Shown here one piece after another: positions 38,521 through 52,064 of a stretch of 64,000 bases of DNA (position 1 is the stretch's first letter; each line of letters begins with the position of its first letter). Under the pieces are notes generated by a model. It was not told the origin of the DNA. It did no database searches and saw only the letters and a list, made by a program, of their open reading frames with translations. The stretch comes from Schmidtea nova. Lineage: Eukaryota. Position numbers and translations under genes: made by a program. The stretch is taken from the NCBI GenBank assembly GCA_044892505.1, contig CM097884.1, positions 122,326,001 to 122,390,000 of the forward strand. The letters run 5' to 3'.

Positions 38521-39229
38521 TAGAAAATAAAGTATAAAAAATAGAAGTGCTATACTTTAAAGTACATACTTTAAAATTTAATTCACAGTAAATATTATAA
38601 AACAATGTAAAATAGTCCAAATATTTGTTTGTTATTACTTAGAAGTTCTAAGTTTTTAATATTGAATATTAAAAATAAATCTTCTTTCAAGTTGTTCTTA
38701 ATAACAAAAACATCTTATCATCTCAGTTAAGAATACTCAATTTTGATTGGTTACCAATGACAAATTTATTTAAATGGATGGAATCTTAGAGTGATTATTT
38801 CATGAACCAAAACTGATATTGGATTTTACTGGGTTATTTCATTGTCAAAACCGAATGAAACTTTATACTACGTAATTAAAAGTTCCCCTGCAGTGAATTA
38901 GCTAATATTTAATATCAGGCAATGAATTATTTACTTTGATTACAACCCTATTACGATAATAAAATTATTTTATACCCTTTAACTATTTCATAAAAACCTC
39001 TTAAAAGTATTATACTTTAATTTAAAACCAATTGAAATCTCCTTAAATCAGATGGTGAGATAAACTTTAAATATTTCAAAATAATCATCAATTTAATAGT
39101 AATTGACTAAAACCCATCGAAATGCCCCAAAATCAAATGATTAGATACACTAAATATTTAATAAAAATCAAAAATTTAATGGTAATCGACTAAAATCCAT
39201 TAAAAACCACACTTGTCTATATATAAGTT

Positions 39230-39990
39230 AATATTTTACCACTGAAAGTTATTTTCCACTTACCATTTCTTCATTAGAATGTTCACGCTGAATGATATTT
39301 TTAATAAATTTCCAAACTGAATGAAATTAACCTTTTCAGTGAAATCTTCAATCTGAACAAACTTCCAATCTGAATGGTATTCATATATGAATGATATTCC
39401 CAACTTTTAATGTATTTTACCATTCAATCTTTCCTTTTGAAGTTTTTCCCTTTTAGTGAATTTTCTATTCATAAATTTCACCCTTTGAATAGACTTCCTT
39501 CTTTCAATGAAATTCTCCATTTTAATATATTTTTAGATTTCTCTTAAGAAATTTCCCATTTGAATGAGTTTTCATTAGGAGTTCCTCTTTAAATGGAATT
39601 TCCCTTTAAAACCTTTTTTCGTGAATAGAATTTCTCCTTCATCTTTCAATATAATACACCCTTTTAATGTACTTTACCCTTAAGATATTGCCAATCTAAT
39701 TAATATTTTCTTAAATAAATTCATCATTTGAATGAATTTTAACATTTAAGTGATATTTTCTCATTTAAGATTCCTTTCAATTAATGGAATTCCCTCCCCC
39801 CTCAAATCCTTTCATTTTTAGCGATTTTTTCCCTTTGTGCATTTCTCCTTAAGAATTTCCATTTTAAATGTAATTTCCCACCTGAATTTACCTTCTTTCA
39901 ATGGATTGCTTCTCTTTTTAATGGATTTACTCATTTAAGTGAATTTTCCCTTTTTAGTGGACTTACCCTCTTTGTATGCAGTTTACCCTT
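39230..39990. repeat. Degenerate pyrimidine-rich tandem repeat (TGAATTTTCCC-type units)
   Basis: Recurring motif read directly. Confidence 0.6.
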
Positions 39991-42900
39991 AAACTCAATA
40001 AAATTTGTTTTTCAATCATCATTTTCAATGATATCCAAACAAATGATAACACAGAAAATTTTAAATTTAAATTACAAAACACACACCGGGAAACTATATT
40101 CTTGAAGATTACTCAAAATTCACAAAAATAATTATTCTTAAAAGATTTTAAATGATTAAATTACTCAAAAAGTGATAATCATTCGTAAAAATGGGTAAGT
40201 CTGCTGCATATAATTCTTAAAGAAGAAAGATTTACTTGTTAATGATGAAAAATAATAATGTTTTAATAATTGATGTGGAAAAGTAATCAAATGAAATTTA
40301 ATTAGAAAAATTATCATTGAAATAGTGTAGAAAATTGTATGTGAATTAATTGAGGGAAATATTCTAAATGAAAGATTCAAAGAATTTTTTTTTTAATTTA
40401 CCAATCAATATTCAAACACACACATATAGATATGCAATATACAATTCATTTTGCACAATGTCAATGACTTTAATGGATCTTTCATTAAAAACTAACTCAT
40501 TTTGTTATTTTTTTACTAACAAATAATTCTATCAAAGTAAATCAATTTTGTTCGATTTTGACCAATCAGTGTTGTTTTTCTTATTCAATTAAAGTTTTCT
40601 TCATTTTATTGGTAAATTAGTTAAAAATATATTTAATTGTTATCAATTTATTAAGAACTAAATAAATAATTTTATTTATAATTTTATTTATTTAAAATAT
40701 ACAAAAACATTTGTTAGCAAATGCTTAGTTGATTGATAGGTTGTATATATCGAGGCTGTTGTTATTTGAATCACTAATTGGAAGTTGGTAATTGTGCGAA
40801 CTAGTTGTTAGTTTGTTGATGTTAGATTTGTATGTATAGAGTGAGTAGTTGGTTGATTGGTATAGGGTTAGGAATTAGAACTGGTTAGTAAGTAAGTACT
40901 TGGCTGCTGGATAGTATGTATAGAGTGGAGAATTAGTTAGTTGGTTGATTGCTATAAGGTTAATGAGTAGAATTTATTGGTTAGAACAAATTTTTGATTT
41001 CGCCAGTTAGTCTCGTGGATCGATTTCACAAGTTTTTTATGCTTATTCTCGGTAATATTTTTTGGGATAATTATTATGACATGTTCACAATAATCTTTTG
41101 AGGTAAAATCTTGTTTTTGCTTAAGGGATTTCCAATTAAAATCTGCCCATAAATTAAATAGGTGCATTCTCTGTGGCGAAATTCGCGAAGGTGATTCCGT
41201 ACTAGTGGGACTGTTATTAGTCCACGTTATGGTGAGGAGTAACTAAAATTTATTGATATTTAAATTTTGGCAATGAATAGAAGTAGCTCAGGACATGATT
41301 GTGAAAGAAACTAGAGCAGATTAAGAGGAGTTATTCATATATTTGTGGGAATGCATAAGTCTAGATCTAAAATAGAATAAGGTGATAGAAAGCTAATATT
41401 TAATCAGGCGATAGGACCGTAAAGTAAGTAGATGCATAAGTCCTTCTATCGGCAGCAGGAAACCGAAAGAGATAATATAGTGAGCAGTAGTTTTGGCAAC
41501 GGTGCTCATCTGCTCACTAGATTGTCACGACCGTGGACAGTACTAACATAGTTAGTTAGGGAATAACTATGGGCACAGGATGGTGTAGATTAATATTTAT
41601 GATGGGTTATGCGTTGTATAATTCCCTAGAGGAAATAATAATATAACAATATAACAACACCCATACCAGCCCAACAATATATTACTTTTTGCGACAAAAC
41701 CGACCAATCAGAGTAGTTCTGCCCCCGCAAATTCAGTGAGTTTATTTATTTATTTAGCAAATCATGGCTTTTCATTCTCAGATAATTTTTATTTTTAATT
41801 AATTCTCGATTTTCTTAAATTAATTCTAATTTAACTTTCTTTTTTTCCTTTTAATTATTATTCTCTTAGTAATTTTAGTGCTTTCATTTGTAATTCATTT
41901 TAATTGTATCTTTTTCGCTAATTAATATTATCAATTGTTGTATTATTTCTAATCTTATTATTAGTTTCCTGAAAAACAAAAATTTTCCAAATATTTAACT
42001 TTTGCATTATTAAATAAATATTATTTTTTAATATATCCTGTGCAAATCGATAGTATTTTGTTTAAAATATGTGTAAATATTTTTTGATCTATTGTCTGAT
42101 AAAAATGAAAATAAACAAAATTTCAATCTTATAGTCAAATAAATATTTTTCAAAAAATAAATGACAAAAACATTTTGTTAAATTATATTTTTTTAAATTT
42201 AATTTTTAATATCATTATATAAATAACAACATATGTAGCCGTCAGTAGAATTAGTATAAAAAGACGCTGAAAAATTACAATCTAAACTTACCTCGGCATT
42301 AATTTACTGAGAGCAAATAATTGATCAATTGTGAGGATAAAATATTTTGTAGATATGACAAATTTTTCGTGTAATAAATAATTATTCATAAAGTATTTCT
42401 ATCAGTCAGTCATTTTAGATATTTCAGAGAATTTATCGGAATGAGTCATTTAAGTGCAAAGTTTGGAAAGCCTTTTAATGGATATATCCTTTATAAGGTC
42501 CCATCTTGATCATGCAAATAATGCATCAAATTCTTTATTTTTTCTTAATTTTGTAATTAAAATTTCCATTACAATTCCAAAAGAAAAAATTAAGACCATA
42601 AAATTTGATTAAAGTTTGTCAGTCAATTATAGGTGTTGATTTGATACAAGTAAGAAATACGAAAAAAAATCATCTTCATTTCTACTTTTTAATCGAATAA
42701 AATTTCCAAGTTTTTGTCAGTTCCAAAACCCAATTCCCATGTTTGGTAATCATTGGCATTTCACGCTTCAGTGCATTTATCAAGTCACACGAGCCATGTA
42801 CCAGTTCGTTGTAATTTTTGGCATCTATATATTCACGAATGGAATTATGATAAAAATTAAATCTCACTAGAATGCATATGAAATAAAAAAAATTTAATTT

Positions 42901-43210
42901 TAGGGAAATATTTGCAAATTCAGAATTTTTTTAAGTGGACTTAAATTTTAAAAAATTACTTTTAAACTAAATAATTAATTTTATTCTTTTAATGTTAATG
43001 CTTAAATTTAATTTTTGTAATTAAATTTCCATATTTAAAATTTTATATGGCAACAAATGTAAGTTATTATGTTTTAATATATTTTTGACAAATTGAAAAG
43101 TAGGTTCTGATACCCTAACCTAAAATTAAAATTTTGCCTTACTTATTTATTAATATCAATAATTCCCATAATGGTAAGACTATAGATCAAAAACAAATTT
43201 TTAAATAAGT

Positions 43211-43245
43211 ACACAATATTTCGGCACAGCCTTTATCAAGTGTGT
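43211..43245 (-). ncRNA. Hammerhead motif in a short PLE-B copy (~43150-43250)
   Basis: ACACAATATTTCGGCACAGCCTTTATCAAGTGTGT on the plus strand. Confidence 0.68.
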
Positions 43246-45114
43246 ATTTCAGAAACATACACTTCTTATTTAAACATCATTTTTATGAAAAATTTTACAA
43301 TTTTTTTATAATTTGTTTATATTATGCTAACTGTCTTATCAATAAAAGCTTATCACAATTTTTAAAATACATATATAAACTTTTAATTTGTAAGAAGAAA
43401 ATTATTAAAATTTCAATATAATAAATTTCGTTATTTCTTTTTTCATTATTTCATTATTTCTTTTTCGCGAATTTAGGTATTTTCTCTTTTATTGAGACAT
43501 TGATATAAATATAAGGGTAATAACCAAAAAAAATTCTTTATGAAACCACTTGCAATCGAGGAAAGTTTATGTGTAATTTAAGAATATAAATTGCATTTTT
43601 GATTTTTTTTTTAAAAAGTTCCACGCCCTTTCAGAAGAAGAAAGTGAAGAAATAATTTTTTGCAAAAAAAGTACATGTTTTTTAAAGCTTTTTTCAAAAG
43701 AGTAATTGTAATAACTAAGCAACTTTTATTAAGAAATAATATACAGAACAGTTAGTAATCTGTAAAAAATATACAAGAAATGTTTAAAAAATATTTTTTT
43801 CCTATGAACTTCAGTTTCAAAAATTGAATTTTTCTCGATTTCGCATGAAGTTCCTCCATCAGTTTTACAGCACGTTCAGCAATTTGATTAGATCTGGGAA
43901 TGTCAATTAATGACTCCTTGACTGACACTTAATTTCTTTTTTGCATTTTATATTTTTGAGTAAGGTAAACAGTTCATTGAAAAACTCTTCATTATAGTGT
44001 TGCGAATGGAACCAAGCATTTGCCCATTCGTGGCAGATAAAGTTACATGCTGGAGCGAGGTTGTTGCGCCACTATGGTATCAGAAATAAAGCTATAACAG
44101 CATATATCGCACGTGAGTTCCATTTTACCTGGTGTAAATTTGAGAGTTTCTTTCAGCAGTTTTTTCTTCCATAAATTTGATTCGATCCAGTCACCGTTTT
44201 TGCTATTGAACAGAAAAATGAAGTTTCCAAGAATTTGACAGTTTGTCGGCATCCATGTGAGATTGGTTAGCTTTTCAACAGATGGAATCATCGGATCCCT
44301 TTTCTGTTTAGAAGATGAGGGTAGATTCTTCATCCAAATACATATGTTTGACTTTACACTGTTTTTTTTTTATTTTCTTTAAGACATTTTCTTGTGCTTT
44401 AAAAGTTATTAAATGTCTTGGACTTTTCTTCCTCTCTGTAATACTTGCAATCTTGCACTGAAAACGAGATAGTTTATCCAAAATATTCAGAAATATTCTA
44501 CAATGTTCTAAAATATTCCAGAATATATATTATATATTTGCACCTGAAACAGAGAATAAAATAAAATATAACAATAATAAAATAATTATGTATAGTGAAC
44601 TCGCCTTACGCTGGAGTGAGTTCACACGATATAGCTGGGATCAAAACAAAGAAGAAAAAATTAACAACCATCTGTAAAGGCCTTGTTTATAAACAAATGG
44701 AAACAGCTGACTGGAATGTGCTTCAAAGCAGTCTAGAACGTCATATAAAAATCATTGTGTAATTGAAACTGATAGTCAAACTGCACGATGTGTGAAAAAG
44801 AAAAATAAAAAGGTGGGGGAATTTTTTTCAATTTTTCAAAAAGTTAATGTTGCTACTGTCATATGCATACATTTGTTCCTCGAATGTAAGGGATTTCAGT
44901 TTCATTACGAAAAATAATGATAATAGTTATTACCCTGATAAATATGTATGGAATATAAATACACATAAGATTTATTACTAAATTTAATTATAAATTCACT
45001 TACATAATATTATATACTTAATCAATTAACAGTTGATTTTAAAAATGACAAATAATTTAATGATAATTAATTTTAATTTGATTAGCACTTTAATAACAAG
45101 TAATATAATATACG

Positions 45115-45588
45115 CAGTGTTGCCGAACGTAGGGATTTTTCCCTACTGTAGGGAATTTTTACGCTAAAATTCGAGTAGGGAATATTTCTTCAAATTCTGC
45201 TATTTGTAGGGAATTTCAAGAAATATTTTTTTTATAGCAAAAAGCTTCTGATTTATCATTAAAAATTCAAGTTGTTTTTTTAAAATGTTTGAAGAAATAA
45301 CAATTCAATGTAATTTTTCAATATACACGTCATACAAAAAAAAAGATCGTATAACCATATAATTTTTTTAATTTGATTGTATAAATTTATTTTTCATAAT
45401 TTTTACAAATTTAAATTGCTGTTGAAACTATTTGTAAAAATTCAGGTATAGTCGTGTAGCTTTGTATATTTTTATTTTTATTTGAATGTATATTTTAGTG
45501 TAGGGAAAAATAGCTATTGCTGTAGGGAATTTTTTTCTCTTCAGAGCTAAATGTAAGGAATTTTTCTGCCTACATTTCGGCAACACTG
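45115..45588. mobile_element. hAT-type MITE with perfect 8-bp TSD
   Basis: AATATACG|CAGTGTTGCCGAA ... TTCGGCAACACTG|AATATACG, with subterminal TAGGGAATTT repeats. Confidence 0.93.
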
Positions 45589-46809
45589 AATATACGTATC
45601 ATGGCTTTGCCAACAGTTACTAGTCAATGGTAACACAAGTTGATCATGCTTCCGCCAACTGTTCTTGTTCGGTGATACATCACGAGTACCACTTTTTTGT
45701 CAGCTATTATTGGTCAATTACATAACTTTGGGGACTTCTGGAATTCGATCAACGGTTGAATGTGCATGTAGTGTTGATTTAATATTAATAATTCTTGCAT
45801 ATTTAATTACCACAATTTAAATGCTGTAGTGATCACAGATCCAAAAAATTGGAAAAAAATTAAAATTCTTAAAAAATTAAATTTTAAAAATAACTATGTA
45901 GATATAACAATGAAAAAATAACTTTGTTTAAATATTAAAATGAATTTTTAGTTTTGGTTTAAAAAAATAAAAATGTTTTTATGAACGTGTTCCTTTATTT
46001 CTTTTATCAATTGATTAACGATTTGAACAAAAGCACGACAGTTATTATTTTTTATTATATTGATCCAATGATTTCAAAATTTGCCGACATTTTAAATTTC
46101 AATAATGCCCTTGACAATCATCAATACCTGCGAAATCCTGATGGCAAGGACTCAGATATGTTGATAGTTTGAATTGTCAATTTGGAGGTTAAAGCGTTCA
46201 TGGAAACCCTGACTACTGGTGTTGATATTTCAACAATCGGCTAACTCGGTTCAACTTATTTTGTCTGACAAAAATAATCACGACACTTAAATGCTATATT
46301 ATGCTTTTATCTTGACATGTTTTATTAAACGAATTATTAAAAAAATTTTCTAAAACTTATTTTTGAATCTTTCACATGTTTAACTTTATCTATAATTCTT
46401 GGAACTTCTTTTGCATAAATTCTGGAATAAAGGAATTTGTTATGATTTGAAAGTTTGAGATTCTGGAATTTTTGTTAAAAGAACTTTTTCGTAAACATTT
46501 TTTTAACAATATCAATAACAAATAAAATTTTGATAAATGTAACATTAGATTAATAATTTCTATTTAACCCATAAAAAGGCANNNNNNNNNNNNNNNNNNN
46601 NNNNNNNNNNNNNNNNNNNNNNNNNNNNNNNNNNNNNNNNNNNNNNNNNNNNNNNNNNNNNNNNNNNNNNNNNNNNNNNNNNNNNNNNNNNNNNNNNNNN
46701 NNNNNNNNNNNNNNNNNNNNNNNNNNNNNNNNNNNNNNNNNNNNNNNNNNNNNNNNNNNNNNNNNNNNNNNNNNNNNNNNNNNNNNNNNNNNNNNNNNNN
46801 NNNNNNNNN

Positions 46810-47660
46810 ATGATGACTATAGATCAAAATTTTTTTTATAAACAATAACACAATATTTCGGCACAGCCTTTATCAAATGTGTATTTCAATCGTTATATTA
46901 AATTAATCCTAAATAGTAACCTTAATTATTTTTTTAATATTTTATAATGATTTTATTGGATGAAAAAAAATTATTTTAATTTTTTTGTGCGAATTTAATG
47001 TTGATGGACGGTTTGTATTTTTTATGGAAAAAGTCTCGGAAGCTAATCTTTGTAATGAATTTTTTAATCCCTCTTGTAGAATCTGGCATTTTGTTTCTTC
47101 TATAGATGGAGTTGTTTTATGTACTTTCTCCTAGTGTTCGTAATAATTACTGGTTTTGTTTTTAGTGTGTTCATTAAGTTGGGTGCGAAAAGTTCTATGT
47201 GTATCTCCTATGTAATTATCGTCACATTTTTGTCAAGAAAGTTTATACTATATTTTTGGAAAAGCAAAAGCATCGTGTTGTGGAACGGCAAAGACATTTA
47301 TGTTATTGGTGGCTTTCGGAGTTGTGATTTTAACGGTGCGGAGGTTATGAACGTTGGACGGATGTGGATAGGCAAATCTGTTTGATTAAAAATGTTGGTG
47401 ATTTTGTTGGCTGTAGTGTCATTTAGGAAAGGTAATCTTAGATATGTTGTGTGTTTGTTATTGTTATTGTGTTTCTGGCGTTTCCTATTGTTGCGTTTAT
47501 TGTGGTATAGTTCTTTGAGGAAGTATTTCTTAACAAATTCTTTACAAATATTGTGTTATTGTTTATAAAAGAAATTTTGATCTATAGTCATCATTATGGG
47601 AATTATTGATAATAATAATAAAAAAAGATCAAAGGTGAAAAAAGATAATTATAATTATTA
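46810..47660. mobile_element. PLE-B: long minus arm (GIY-YIG pseudogene + 3' UTR, 46810-~47545) and short plus arm (~47546-47660)
   Basis: Minus translation: YLRLPFLNDTTANKI...KCDDNYIGDTHRTFRTQLNEH...QRLASETF..KKYKPSIN. The plus arm starts AAATATTGTGTT and ends in the tail. Confidence 0.9.
46848..46882 (-). ncRNA. Hammerhead motif (PLE-B), one stem I substitution
   Basis: ACACAATATTTCGGCACAGCCTTTATCAAATGTGT on the plus strand. Confidence 0.6.
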
Positions 47661-49999
47661 CCCTCTATGTTAGCTTTCCTTTATAATGTCTCTGATTTAT
47701 AGTTAGACACAGCACCGATTTTAAAAAATTATGTATCCTTGTATTTTTTAGAGGGTTTAAATTTTTAAATCCCAGATGATTGTTGCATATAATCAGACTG
47801 GTCTGTGTTTATATATTTTTATACAGGGGTCACAGACACATAGAAATCTGTCCTTGCAATTTTCGTTATTTTAAACTGTTTTTTAATATTCATCTATGCG
47901 AAATTTACAGAGAACATAATTATTCTATTTACAATGAATTAGAAATAAATGCATTAAAGGAGAGAAAAATTGGGGAAATTAGAAGATTCGAAATAAATGA
48001 ATTTACCATTAAATTGAATTGATAATAATGAAGATAACGAATAAAATGAAGATAAATCTCTATGTGATGATTATGATGATGAAAAATTATAATCTATCAG
48101 AATTTATTGTTGTTTCCTTAGATTTTTATTACTATATTGTCTGCTTTTATAAATAAAAGTCGATTAAAAAGAATATTTTTTTTCATTTTTCTAAGGTTTT
48201 TCTTGTAATATATTAAAATATGTAAGCTTTTATCTAGTTTTAAAATTATTTTTTTTCATATAAAAATAAATTTTTAAAGTCAATTAGAAAATAAAAATAT
48301 TAAATTATAAATATGAAAATATATAAAATCTGACTTTTGACCTTTTAATTTCAGCCTAAAATTTTAATTTATTTATTATAAAAATTATTTTTTATATTTT
48401 GTTCATCTTTGATTTTTCCTTTTCAATTTCCGAAATTTTCATTTTTTTTATTAAAAAAACTAAATCAAAAATAATTTTTATTTTTATCTAAAGTTTAGAA
48501 ATTAAAATTATTTGAAGCAAATTTGTAATTTGTAATTGCTATTTGTTTTTAATCTCTTCTGAAATATGTTGATTTTTACATTCCCAATTCCTTAGATAAA
48601 TTTATAGACAATTTACGCAATTCTATCAATTTTTAGATATTCTTTGCTGTCATTGGTTGCGGCATAATTCTTTGGAATATTTTTTTGGTTGTTGTCGCTT
48701 GATTTATTTTAAGTTAATAATTAGATTTCAGTAACAAAATTAATTTAATTACATAATATTTTTAATTTATCTATTTGAGATAATCAATCAGTGATTTGAT
48801 AATGGAAGACATCAATCCTCCTTAAACATGCGTCCAATGATATTCAGACCTAATAATAATTTGGCACCGACAAGATTCATGCACGAATCTGTATTGATAC
48901 AGCACATTGTCAAATTAAATTAAGAAATTTAAATCACTTAAATCAGATATCATAACCAATCCATAAATCTTCCATAACCCTTCCATAACCCTTCAATAAC
49001 CCTTCCATAACTCAAAATTGTTCAAAACTCTTTTGCTATGTTACCACTAGCGGAAAATTAAATATTTTCCTTCTTAACTCTAAATTAAAACAAAAGTCAA
49101 TTTAAAATTAAAAAAGAAATTATTTTATAATATCACAGAAATTTCGAGAAGAGAAACGTGATAAATCAAAGCTTGATATTGACAAAACTATAACTAATCG
49201 CCTTAAAATATAATCATAAATCAATATCATAATTTTTAGAAAAATTCCTGTTCACAGAACCCCGAACAAAAAATAAAATTAAACTTACTTATCTTATTTA
49301 TCGCAAAGTCAAACGAAATTTTGATGTGACCCCATTACAATAGCAAATTATTAATCATATTGAGAATTCTTTTAACATTCCCGCTTTGACATTGGTTCAA
49401 AAATATAAATTTAACTTAAACGACAATCTGACAGTTTTCATTTAATGGGAAATTTTCGATGAATTTTATTTCGATTTGTCTGAAAATTTTTTTAGCATTC
49501 ATTACAGCGACAAACAAGTAATTTATTCATAACAATTGTCGCAGATAGATTGACAGACGATTTAAACAAAATAAAGAATCAATTTTTATTTATTAAATTA
49601 TCATGGAACTGTTGAATGATTTACTTTGAAACTGATTTCTTATAATTANNNNNNNNNNNNNNNNNNNNNNNNNNNNNNNNNNNNNNNNNNNNNNNNNNNN
49701 NNNNNNNNNNNNNNNNNNNNNNNNNNNNNNNNNNNNNNNNNNNNNNNNNNNNNNNNNNNNNNNNNNNNNNNNNNNNNNNNNNNNNNNNNNNNNNNNNNNN
49801 NNNNNNNNNNNNNNNNNNNNNNNNNNNNNNNNNNNNNNNNNNNNNNNNNNNNNNNNNNNNNNNNNNNNNNNNNNNNNNNNNNNNNNNNNNNNNNNNNNNN
49901 NNNNNNNNNNNNTTTTTCAAAATTATTATTTTTATTAAATTATTATTATAATTATAATTATAATTAATTTTATTAATATTGTTATTGTTTTATTGAAAT

Positions 50000-50034
50000 A
50001 CACACTTGATAAAGGCTGTGCCGAAATATTGTGT
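50000..50034 (+). ncRNA. Hammerhead motif in a short PLE-B copy (49995-50114)
   Basis: ACACACTTGATAAAGGCTGTGCCGAAATATTGTGT. Confidence 0.7.
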
Positions 50035-50448
50035 TATTGTTTATAAAAAAAATTTTGATCTATAGTCATTATGAGAATTATTGATAATAATAATAAAAAA
50101 AGATCAAAGGTGAANNNNNNNNNNNNNNNNNNNNNNNNNNNNNNNNNNNNNNNNNNNNNNNNNNNNNNNNNNNNNNNNNNNNNNNNNNNNNNNNNNNNNN
50201 NNNNNNNNNNNNNNNNNNNNNNNNNNNNNNNNNNNNNNNNNNNNNNNNNNNNNNNNNNNNNNNNNNNNNNNNNNNNNNNNNNNNNNNNNNNNNNNNNNNN
50301 NNNNNNNNNNNNNNNNNNNNNNNNNNNNNNNNNNNNNNNNNNNNNNNNNNNNNNNNNNNNNNNNNNNNNNNNNNNNNNNNNNNNNNNNNNNNNNNNNNNN
50401 NNNNNNNNNNNNNNNNNNNNNNNNNNNNNNCAGTAAATTCAACATAAA

Positions 50449-50487
50449 CGCGATATATTTCGATTGTATAACAATCTTCGTCAGGCG
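50449..50487 (-). ncRNA. Minimal type I hammerhead motif, canonical core (PLE-A)
   Basis: Sense sequence CGC-CTGACGA-A-GATTGT TAT ACAATC-GAA-ATATAT-C-GCG. Confidence 0.8.
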
Positions 50488-51909
50488 GCAATCAGGACAA
50501 TCAATAATAAAATAGAAAATATGCTAAATTTAAACAAATTAATCAATAATAATCATCTCAATACCATATCAAAATTTTAATTTAAACATTTATTTTATTT
50601 TATTACATAAAAATTTTTTAAAATTTAATTAAAAACAAACATTATACATAGAACAACATACGTATTATTTTAAAAATAAAATTTAATTTAATAAAATTTT
50701 AACACAACATAAAATTTACAAATTTTAAAATTTAAAAAAATATTAAAAATTTTACAAAAAAAAACAAACATAATTCGCAACATTCAACCTTCGGTTACTT
50801 AAACACATTCAAAATATCAGTGGAACGGGCAACTTGATCATTTATTTTTGGATTAAAATATCTAATCAACAATGCCTCACAAGTTACTCTTTCCCAATAG
50901 TTACTTAAACCCTTTGAAATAATTTTAAAATCAGAGATACCTATTTTTTTGCTGACACATTTCCAAAAAATGATCACTAATATTAGTCAATCCTTTTGGT
51001 CGGCAATGCTCAAGAACTCGGGTGCAGAGATGACGGGCAGTCTCTCCAATGTATGTGGCATTACACCCATTACATGAAAATTGATACACGAGCTCAGAAT
51101 ACAAACCAATTGGCGTTGGACATTTACTAGTGAACATACTGCTAACTTTGCAAGACGTGGAAACAGTCCTAAATTGATCCTTGTCTACATGTTTGAGAAT
51201 CTTATGCTTAAATTCTCTGAAGCCCTCAGAATAAGGCAATACCAACACATATTTCGGCTCCGTGTGGTTAGATCGAAAGTGACAAAAATATGTGTTGGTA
51301 TTGCCTTATTCTGAGGGCTTCAGAGAATTTAAGCATAAGATTCTCAAACATGTAGACAAGGATCAATTTAGGACTGTTTCCACGTCTTGCAAAGTTAGCA
51401 GTATGTTCACTAGTAAATGTCCAACGCCAATTGGTTTGTGTTCTGAGCTCGTGTATCAATTTTCATGTAATGGGTGTAATGCCACATACATTGGAGAGAC
51501 TGCCCGTCATCTCTGCACCCGAGTTCTTGAGCATTGCCGACCAAAAGGATTGACTAATATTAGTGATCATTTTAGAAAATGTGTCAGCAAAAAATAGGTA
51601 TCTCTGATTTTAAAATTATTTCAAAGGGTTTAAGTAACTATTGGGAACGAGTAACTTGTGAGGCATTGTTGATTAGATATTTTAATCCAAAAATAAATGA
51701 TCAAGTTGCCCGTTCCACTGATATTAAAATAATATGTATGTTGTTCTATGTATAATGTTTGTTTTTAATTAAATTTTAAAAAATTTTTATGTAATAAAAT
51801 AAAATAAATGTTTAAATTAAAATTTTGATATGGTATTGAGATGATTATTATTGATTAATTTGTTTAAATTTAGCATATTTTCTATTTTATTATTGATTGT
51901 CCTGATTGC

Positions 51910-51948
51910 CGCCTGACGAAGATTGTTATACAATCGAAATATATCGCG
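51910..51948 (+). ncRNA. Minimal type I hammerhead motif (PLE-A)
   Basis: CGCCTGACGAAGATTGTTATACAATCGAAATATATCGCG. Confidence 0.8.
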
Positions 51949-52013
51949 TTTATGTTGAATTTACTGAGTTGGCGTTTTTCTATAATTAAATCATTGCCAC
52001 GTTTCTTTGATTA

Positions 52014-52014
<1 letters not shown>

Positions 52015-52064
<50 letters not shown>
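52015..52064. repeat. (TTA)n microsatellite at the PLE-A 3' end
   Basis: Direct reading. Confidence 0.95.

Larger units (their letters stand above)
50431..52013. mobile_element. Penelope-like family A fold-back: two head-to-head GIY-YIG + 3' UTR arms
   Basis: ORFs 51248-50931 (-) and 51292-51597 (+) are near identical: VYQFSCNGCNATYIGETARHLCTRVLEH...CEALLIRYFNPKIN. The right end runs into (TTA)n. Confidence 0.93.

Noticed and set aside
42290-44545. Minus-strand exons or a PHD-finger-like remnant
   Set aside because: Splice-like sites exist, but frames contain stops and the cysteine spacing is unconvincing.
9140-52013. Fold-backs as pure assembly artefacts
   Set aside because: Arms differ by substitutions and a deletion, junctions have unique spacers, and ends are systematically asymmetric. 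Many do abut gaps, so long-read confirmation is still advisable.
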